DNA from: Naegleria gruberi
Lineage: Eukaryota
NCBI GenBank assembly: GCA_000004985.1
Contig: GG739173.1
Length of the DNA stretch: 4,783 nt
Direction: 5' to 3' (one strand)
Both the position numbers and the translations under genes were made by a program. The notes under the pieces were generated by a model, which ran no database searches, was not told the DNA's origin, and was given only the letters and a program-made list of their open reading frames with translations. Positions 1 to 4,783 of this stretch are shown piece by piece (the stretch's first letter is position 1; each line of letters begins with the position of its first letter).

Positions 1-53
1 AGATGTATTTAGTATTAATGCATACAACAATACCTTATCAAGCTTATTTTTAG

Positions 54-439
54 AATACTTGCATCCTGATATTCCAATAGCAAAAGCAATTAAGAATTAC
101 CATACTCAATTTGCCTCATTATTGACATTGGTGTTTGAAAAAAACGTTAAAATAATTCAAGCTGAATTGGAGAAGGAAAAACAAAGTTTAGATTTAAACA
201 TCAACAACTCAAAAAGGCTTGAAAAAATTGAACAAATGTTAAATCTTACCAAATCACAGAAAGAAAAAGAATATCTTTGTTTGTTTAAGGAAATATGTAA
301 CAAACACAACTACCCTCATATTTCTGACGTTCAACGTTATTCCATGTTTCATTTAAGCTTAGATGGACCTTTTGTTCCAACAACAGAAGATCCTTATGAA
401 CAGTACGATCAATCAGATGATGAAATGGAAAATCTCTAA
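54..439 (+). CDS. Terminal coding exon of an unidentified protein. The C-terminal region is predicted coiled-coil (ELEKEKQSLDLN...RLEKIEQMLNL) followed by an acidic tail (EDPYEQYDQSDDEMENL). The exon is partial: the gene continues upstream of the window.
   Basis: The frame is open from nt 2 to TAA at 437-439. A strong acceptor (cttatttttAG, AG at 52-53) sits after 53 nt of 24% GC intron-like sequence, so the exon probably starts at 54 in phase 1. AATAAA lies 12 nt after the stop. The amino-acid composition is protein-like and not low-complexity. The tool's 'start' at 59 is TTG, not ATG. Confidence 0.5.
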
Positions 440-450
440 CATATTTTGTA

Positions 451-456
451 AATAAA
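451..456 (+). terminator. Canonical polyadenylation signal AATAAA for the upstream + strand gene
   Basis: The hexamer aataaa at 451-456 lies 12 nt downstream of the TAA stop at 437-439. Confidence 0.5.
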
Positions 457-948
457 AGAAATCGAATTTTCTATCATTACTCTTATTCACATACGAGAAG
501 TGATACTCTTTATACAACACGAATTAATAAAAAAGAGATTGGAAAAAACTAAAAGACCACAACACGACAACTTAAATGTTTCGATAGTAAACACACAAAA
601 TAAAGTTCAAATAATATTTAGACAATTGGGTATAAAAGCTCAGGGGCTGAACCACCTTAATGGTGAAACAGCCTGGAACCTGCTTTGAAGGATGTAAATC
701 TTTATTGAGCAGGTCCCGAGATAATTAAAATTTGTCTGTAAAAAAAAACTTATCAATAGTTGACCTAAGGATAAGAAAAAAACATCAGACCAGCGATAAA
801 TGTGAACTTAGTAGTACCGTTTGGTGGTTTAGTGTGTTTCTCGATCTAAATTCGAGTTTGAATATAATTTTTGTACATTTTCACAATTTATTTTGTTGTT
901 ATATGAGAATTGATTTTTTGTATTTTATTTTTTTGATAAATTATTGGG

Positions 949-951
<3 letters not shown>

Positions 952-979
<28 letters not shown>
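952..979. repeat. (AT)14 dinucleotide microsatellite
   Basis: A perfect 28-nt at/ta run is seen directly in the sequence. Confidence 0.95.
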
Positions 980-982
<3 letters not shown>

Positions 983-1020
983 AACAAAAATTATATTTAT
1001 CTATGTTAGAAAAATCATTT

Positions 1021-1135
1021 CCCTTTTATTCTTCATCATGCTCCTCCTCATGTTTTTTACACATCCTGTCTTTATCAAATCCCATTCTCACTACATCCTT
1101 TTCATCATAATTCCTCGCAAATTCATTTATCTGTT
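1021..1135 (+). repeat. Strand-asymmetric C/T-rich, G-depleted low-complexity tract. It is about 75% pyrimidine with about 5% G on the + strand.
   Basis: Base counts over 1021-1140 give only about 6 G in 120 nt, against about 30% C. It is built from tcctc, catc and ctcat-like short motifs. Confidence 0.6.
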
Positions 1136-1497
1136 CAGATTACATTTATTTACCCCTTAAAAGTGATTTTCCATTCTTCATTTTACATGAGTTTTTCGGT
1201 GATTTCTTGGTAAGAACTCTTTATTAGTAGACTTTTTGTATTTCATTTTGTTCTGTCAATAGATTTCACATATTATAACAAAAGGTTGAGCATTTGTTAT
1301 TACAATGTCTGATAATGTGTGTCTTTTGTTGCCTGTTTGAATTGGCCGTAATAACATTTTAAGGTAATAGAAACTTGAGTATGATGAGTAATACCATGAA
1401 TATATATTGTATTTCCTTTAGAATCTAGTAATTTGGTTACCTTGGTAAGTCAAGTGTTGTATATTTTCGCTTTATTAGTTGTAAATGACATTTGAGA

Positions 1498-1501
<4 letters not shown>

Positions 1502-1543
<42 letters not shown>
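1502..1543. repeat. (AT)21 dinucleotide microsatellite
   Basis: A perfect 42-nt at run is seen directly. Confidence 0.95.
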
Positions 1544-1546
<3 letters not shown>

Positions 1547-1961
1547 AGAAAAATTTATCAAGTGTGTAGTAAAATTAATTTGAGTGTAATAAATCTTTAT
1601 ATGAAAAGCTATAAAAAGTACTTTCTTTATTAGAGATCAAGTTATCGGCGTTAATTGTCTTAAAAATCAATGTTGTTAAACAACTTCAATCATATTTATT
1701 AGAATCTTGATGATACAATTTTTTAGACATACCATGTTTACCATTTAATATCGAGTAGTAAAAATATGTAAATTAAAAAAAGGAAAAAATGTTGAGTTTT
1801 GGTATTTTTTTAAAAAATGTTTTTTTGAAAAAAATTTCGATAAAAACTAGAAATTTATTAGTATTTCAATGAAAAATACGAATTTTCATACATGCGTTGG
1901 TGGGATATGTTTGTCATATTAGATATTTAATAAAAATAAAATAAAAATTTTCGCATGCATT

Positions 1962-1987
1962 TATATATATATATATATATATATATA
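1962..1987. repeat. (TA)13 dinucleotide microsatellite
   Basis: A perfect 26-nt ta run is seen directly. Confidence 0.95.
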
Positions 1988-2147
1988 CATCCGAAAAAAT
2001 TTTTGTTGAAAGTTGGTTTATAAGATGGTGGTTAAATTGGTTTATCTGAAAAATCATTTAAAAGTGATTTAAATATAAAGATAATGAAATTAATTGAAAA
2101 TTAAGAAGCTAAAATAAATTTTCAAAAATTTATCGATTTGAAATTTN

Positions 2148-3630
2148 NNNNNNNNNNNNNNNNNNNNNNNNNNNNNNNNNNNNNNNNNNNNNNNNNNNNN
2201 NNNNNNNNNNNNNNNNNNNNNNNNNNNNNNNNNNNNNNNNNNNNNNNNNNNNNNNNNNNNNNNNNNNNNNNNNNNNNNNNNNNNNNNNNNNNNNNNNNNN
2301 NNNNNNNNNNNNNNNNNNNNNNNNNNNNNNNNNNNNNNNNNNNNNNNNNNNNNNNNNNNNNNNNNNNNNNNNNNNNNNNNNNNNNNNNNNNNNNNNNNNN
2401 NNNNNNNNNNNNNNNNNNNNNNNNNNNNNNNNNNNNNNNNNNNNNNNNNNNNNNNNNNNNNNNNNNNNNNNNNNNNNNNNNNNNNNNNNNNNNNNNNNNN
2501 NNNNNNNNNNNNNNNNNNNNNNNNNNNNNNNNNNNNNNNNNNNNNNNNNNNNNNNNNNNNNNNNNNNNNNNNNNNNNNNNNNNNNNNNNNNNNNNNNNNN
2601 NNNNNNNNNNNNNNNNNNNNNNNNNNNNNNNNNNNNNNNNNNNNNNNNNNNNNNNNNNNNNNNNNNNNNNNNNNNNNNNNNNNNNNNNNNNNNNNNNNNN
2701 NNNNNNNNNNNNNNNNNNNNNNNNNNNNNNNNNNNNNNNNNNNNNNNNNNNNNNNNNNNNNNNNNNNNNNNNNNNNNNNNNNNNNNNNNNNNNNNNNNNN
2801 NNNNNNNNNNNNNNNNNNNNNNNNNNNNNNNNNNNNNNNNNNNNNNNNNNNNNNNNNNNNNNNNNNNNNNNNNNNNNNNNNNNNNNNNNNNNNNNNNNNN
2901 NNNNNNNNNNNNNNNNNNNNNNNNNNNNNNNNNNNNNNNNNNNNNNNNNNNNNNNNNNNNNNNNNNNNNNNNNNNNNNNNNNNNNNNNNNNNNNNNNNNN
3001 NNNNNNNNNNNNNNNNNNNNNNNNNNNNNNNNNNNNNNNNNNNNNNNNNNNNNNNNNNNNNNNNNNNNNNNNNNNNNNNNNNNNNNNNNNNNNNNNNNNN
3101 NNNNNNNNNNNNNNNNNNNNNNNNNNNNNNNNNNNNNNNNNNNNNNNNNNNNNNNNNNNNNNNNNNNNNNNNNNNNNNNNNNNNNNNNNNNNNNNNNNNN
3201 NNNNNNNNNNNNNNNNNNNNNNNNNNNNNNNNNNNNNNNNNNNNNNNNNNNNNNNNNNNNNNNNNNNNNNNNNNNNNNNNNNNNNNNNNNNNNNNNNNNN
3301 NNNNNNNNNNNNNNNNNNNNNNNNNNNNNNNNNNNNNNNNNNNNNNNNNNNNNNNNNNNNNNNNNNNNNNNNNNNNNNNNNNNNNNNNNNNNNNNNNNNN
3401 NNNNNNNNNNNNNNNNNNNNNNNNNNNNNNNNNNNNNNNNNNNNNNNNNNNNNNNNNNNNNNNNNNNNNNNNNNNNNNNNNNNNNNNNNNNNNNNNNNNN
3501 NNNNNNNNNNNNNNNNNNNNNNNNNNNNNNNNNNNNNNNNNNNNNNNNNNNNNNNNNNNNNNNNNNNNNNNNNNNNNNNNNNNNNNNNNNNNNNNNNNNN
3601 NNNNNNNNNNNNNNNNNNNNNNNNNNNNNN
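2148..3630. other. Assembly or scaffold gap of 1,483 N. The sequence is unknown.
   Basis: An uninterrupted run of n. The non-round length suggests an estimated gap size from scaffolding. Confidence 0.99.
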
Positions 3631-3632
3631 AA

Positions 3633-3843
3633 CCTCTCGATTTACCTTCAGATAATGAAATTATTGGACTCTCTGCTGGCCAAAATATTTCATTGGCCAT
3701 GACTATTGCTCACGAAATATTCATTGCTGGATCATTTATGGGAACTATAGATGTTTGGAGAAAGATTGTGGAGATTGATTTTTCACCTCAATCAATCTTT
3801 GATGCTTATATTATTTATAATGATGTTTACATTCTTTCTACCA
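3633..3843 (+). CDS. Internal coding exon whose 5' end is lost in the gap. It encodes an unidentified protein (...LPSDNEIIGLSAGQNISLAMTIAHEIFIAGSFMGTIDVWRKIVEIDFSPQSIFDAYIIYNDVYILST). It includes a hydrophobic, possibly membrane-spanning stretch.
   Basis: A 70-codon open frame runs from the gap edge and ends exactly at a consensus donor cca|GTAAGT (GT at 3844-3845), phase 1. The two other + frames hit stops within about 25 codons. The opposite-strand frame is open for only about 27 codons. Confidence 0.5.
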
Positions 3844-3889
3844 GTAAGTTATTTTAGAGAATTTTTTATTCGATTATGGAAAATAATAG
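3844..3889 (+). other. Putative 46-nt intron (GTAAGT...AATAG)
   Basis: The first AG that allows an intron of at least 40 nt (3888-3889) is in exactly the phase that continues into the only long open downstream frame. A 46-nt length is typical of nematode-like compact genomes. Confidence 0.4.
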
Positions 3890-4104
3890 TGGAATACGCC
3901 GTGTTTTCGAATAATAATCGAAAGGTGGTCAAGATTCAAAGCATCAACGGAATGGAAAGCTGTGCTCCCTCATTAAAATATGTAGTGTGGCATGACGAAA
4001 TTCTATTCTATTCGGATATTGATATCATTCCAAAACATTTTATTTATAAATTCAATGAAAAATTGAATTTTAATGATGTGGACATGATTTGCCAAATGTA
4101 TTGA
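3890..4104 (+). CDS. Putative last coding exon of the same + gene (…M EYAVFSNNNRKVVKIQSINGMESCAPSLKYVVWHDEILFYSDIDIIPKHFIYKFNEKLNFNDVDMICQMY*)
   Basis: It is phase-compatible with the 3843 donor (a|tg gives Met). It is the only frame open after 3890 (70 codons) and ends at TGA 4102-4104. No canonical AATAAA follows on the + strand, which is a weakness. Confidence 0.35.
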
Positions 4105-4113
4105 TTGTAACAG

Positions 4114-4119
4114 TTTATT
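4114..4119 (-). terminator. AATAAA polyadenylation signal on the - strand for the convergent - gene
   Basis: The plus-strand tttatt at 4114-4119 reads aataaa on the - strand, 5 nt after the - strand TAA at 4125-4127. Confidence 0.3.
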
Positions 4120-4124
4120 GCTTT

Positions 4125-4302
4125 TTAATGGCATATCTGTTGATGGGGATGGCTTTTGATGGTTCCAGTTAAAGAATTCCTGAATGACATAGTCAGTTCC
4201 GTGACCAGAGGACTTGGTAATGACAGAGACTGGAATGTTTGTAATTGGAGCAAAGGAAATCTTGGATGTGTAGCCAAAGATCTTTTCCTCATACAAATCA
4301 AC
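4125..4302 (-). CDS. Putative last exon of the - strand gene in the splice-consistent frame (R LICMRKRSLATHPRFPLLQLQTFQSLSLPSPLVTELTMSFRNSLTGTIKSHPHQQICH*). The frame is ambiguous: see findings.
   Basis: The acceptor ttcactttccaatcactgttattggtgcttctcttAAG|G (AG at 4304-4303) is the first AG downstream of the 4367 donor. The phase-2 donor plus this acceptor gives this frame, which ends TAA 4125-4127 immediately followed by AATAAA. The peptide is S/L/P/T/Q-rich and tail-like, whereas the overlapping frame (ORF 4003-4347) looks more globular. Confidence 0.3.
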
Positions 4303-4367
4303 CTTAAGAGAAGCACCAATAACAGTGATTGGAAAGTGAATTTTCAATCATCCATATTGAAGCTTAC
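4303..4367 (-). other. Putative 65-nt intron on the - strand (GTAAGC...CTCTTAAG)
   Basis: The - strand reads ...tat gtt ag|gtaagcttcaat...ctcttaag|g. The donor matches the AG|GTAAGT consensus and is followed in frame by TAA, so the exon must end here. A long pyrimidine tract precedes the AG. Confidence 0.45.
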
Positions 4368-4726
4368 CTAACATATGTAGCATTTAAAGAAAGGCAGAAT
4401 TGCTGAAGTGGTTGTGACAATACTGTACTCTTACAATACCCTGTTGAAGGCTCGTAAACCCAAGTCTTCATCAGTTTGAAATTATTGAAAATGGTATAAT
4501 TGTCAGCTATTGGTTCAATGAAACAAGCATCAATTCTCATCATTCCAACTTCAAAATCCACATATATGATTTGAGTATCAATAAAATCCTTGTTCAATCC
4601 GAAAGCTCTGACTTGGGCAGCAAAACCAAATGTAAATGCAAAGTTCTTGATAATAATATTAGAAACATTATTTATTACTTTCACTTTCCACTTGTTCAAC
4701 TCCAACACGAGTAATCGCGCCAAATC
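4368..4726 (-). CDS. Internal coding exon of an unidentified - strand protein (…DLARLLVLELNKWKVKVINNVSNIIIKNFAFTFGFAAQVRAFGLNKDFIDTQIIYVDFEVGMMRIDACFIEPIADNYTIFNNFKLMKTWVYEPSTGYCKSTVLSQPLQQFCLSLNATYV-). It looks like a beta-rich globular domain.
   Basis: A 119-codon open frame with complex, protein-like composition and GC elevated to about 37-40%. In-frame TGA/TAG at 4732-4727 sit immediately 5', with ...gattttaggaagctgatAG|gat giving a phase-0 acceptor at 4727/4726. A consensus donor lies at 4368/4367. There is no ATG near the 5' end, so it is internal and the gene continues beyond the window end. Confidence 0.55.
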
Positions 4727-4783
4727 CTATCAGCTTCCTAAAATCTCTAATAAAAAATCTACAAAATGCATCCGTATCCAAAT

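Noticed and set aside
500-983. Two + strand ORFs (500-688, 62 aa; 732-983, 83 aa)
   Set aside because: They lie in 25% GC spacer. The second ends in translated (AT)n (IYIYIYIYM) and has low-complexity F/L/I/Y composition. No splice or poly(A) signals frame them. They are most likely chance ORFs.
1024-1135. A - strand 36-codon acidic ORF (SEQINEFARNYDEKDVVRMGFDKDRMCKKHEEEHDEE*) inside the polypurine strand
   Set aside because: It is bounded by TAA immediately upstream. It is short, and its composition is driven by the GA-rich tract. It has no splice signals.
1412-1450. A micro-exon-like arrangement: acceptor tttcctttAG (1412-1421), 23 nt, then donor GTAAGT (1445-1450). A similar cttgGTAAGA lies at 1207-1212.
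   Set aside because: GTAAG-like and Tn-AG strings are frequent in AT-rich DNA. A 23-nt exon with no coding context is unsupported. It could be a 5'-UTR exon, but the sequence alone cannot show that.
1895-1960. An inverted repeat catacatgcg ... cgcatgcat around an SphI-like gcatgc, about 60 nt apart
   Set aside because: The arms are only 6-8 bp and imperfect, with a large loop. This is within chance expectation.
1157-2070. An exact 13-mer ttaaaagtgattt present at 1157-1169 and 2058-2070
   Set aside because: About one such match is expected by chance for 13-mers in 3.3 kb of AT-biased sequence. There is no flanking similarity to suggest a dispersed repeat or terminal inverted repeats.
2090-3700. 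A 536-aa - strand ORF and a 505-aa + strand ORF (2138-3655), both consisting almost entirely of X
   Set aside because: They are translations of the 1,483-nt N-run and are assembly-gap artefacts, not genes.
4156-4371. A + strand 71-aa ORF opposite the - strand exon
   Set aside because: It is an antisense shadow ORF of the - strand coding region. It has no acceptor or donor support and no ATG context, and its composition is less protein-like.
1-4783. Prokaryotic features: Shine-Dalgarno sites, operons, CRISPR repeats, a defence island, IS elements, or tRNA genes
   Set aside because: There are no regularly spaced direct repeats and no GC-rich tRNA-like T-arm motifs. ORFs are not tightly packed. 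The gene structure is clearly intron-containing, so prokaryotic frameworks do not apply.

Overview
This window reads as eukaryotic nuclear DNA, probably from an AT-rich invertebrate with a compact, nematode-like genome. It is not a prokaryotic locus. Direct evidence: a 1,483-nt run of N (2148-3630) that is a scaffold gap; three (AT)n microsatellites; roughly 25% GC intergenic sequence; exon-like open frames bounded by consensus GT...AG splice sites with very short introns of 46 and 65 nt; AATAAA hexamers just downstream of stop codons. The 'starts' in the supplied ORF track are mostly TTG and are artefacts of bacterial-style ORF calling. Content in order: (1) 1-456, the terminal coding exon of a + strand gene (acceptor ...tttttag at 52/53, stop 437-439, AATAAA 451-456). 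The product is a coiled-coil-like C-terminus with an acidic tail and no recognised family. (2) 457-2147, AT-rich non-coding DNA with (AT)14 at 952-979, (AT)21 at 1502-1543 and (TA)13 at 1962-1987. It also holds a strongly C-rich, G-depleted tract (~1021-1135) and an 80-nt GC-rich self-complementary island (639-720) preceded by TATAAAAG. (3) The gap. (4) 3633-4104, the 3' part of a + strand gene: an exon emerging from the gap with a perfect GTAAGT donor at 3844, a 46-nt intron, and a last exon ending TGA at 4102-4104. (5) 4125-4726, two exons of a convergent - strand gene with a 65-nt intron (GTAAGC...CTCTTAAG). The reading frame of its last exon is ambiguous. Its stop and AATAAA lie about 20 nt from the + gene's stop, so the two 3' ends probably overlap. 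I cannot assign a family to any product, and I see no defence system, operon, CRISPR array or mobile element. The two huge 'ORFs' spanning the N-run are artefacts.
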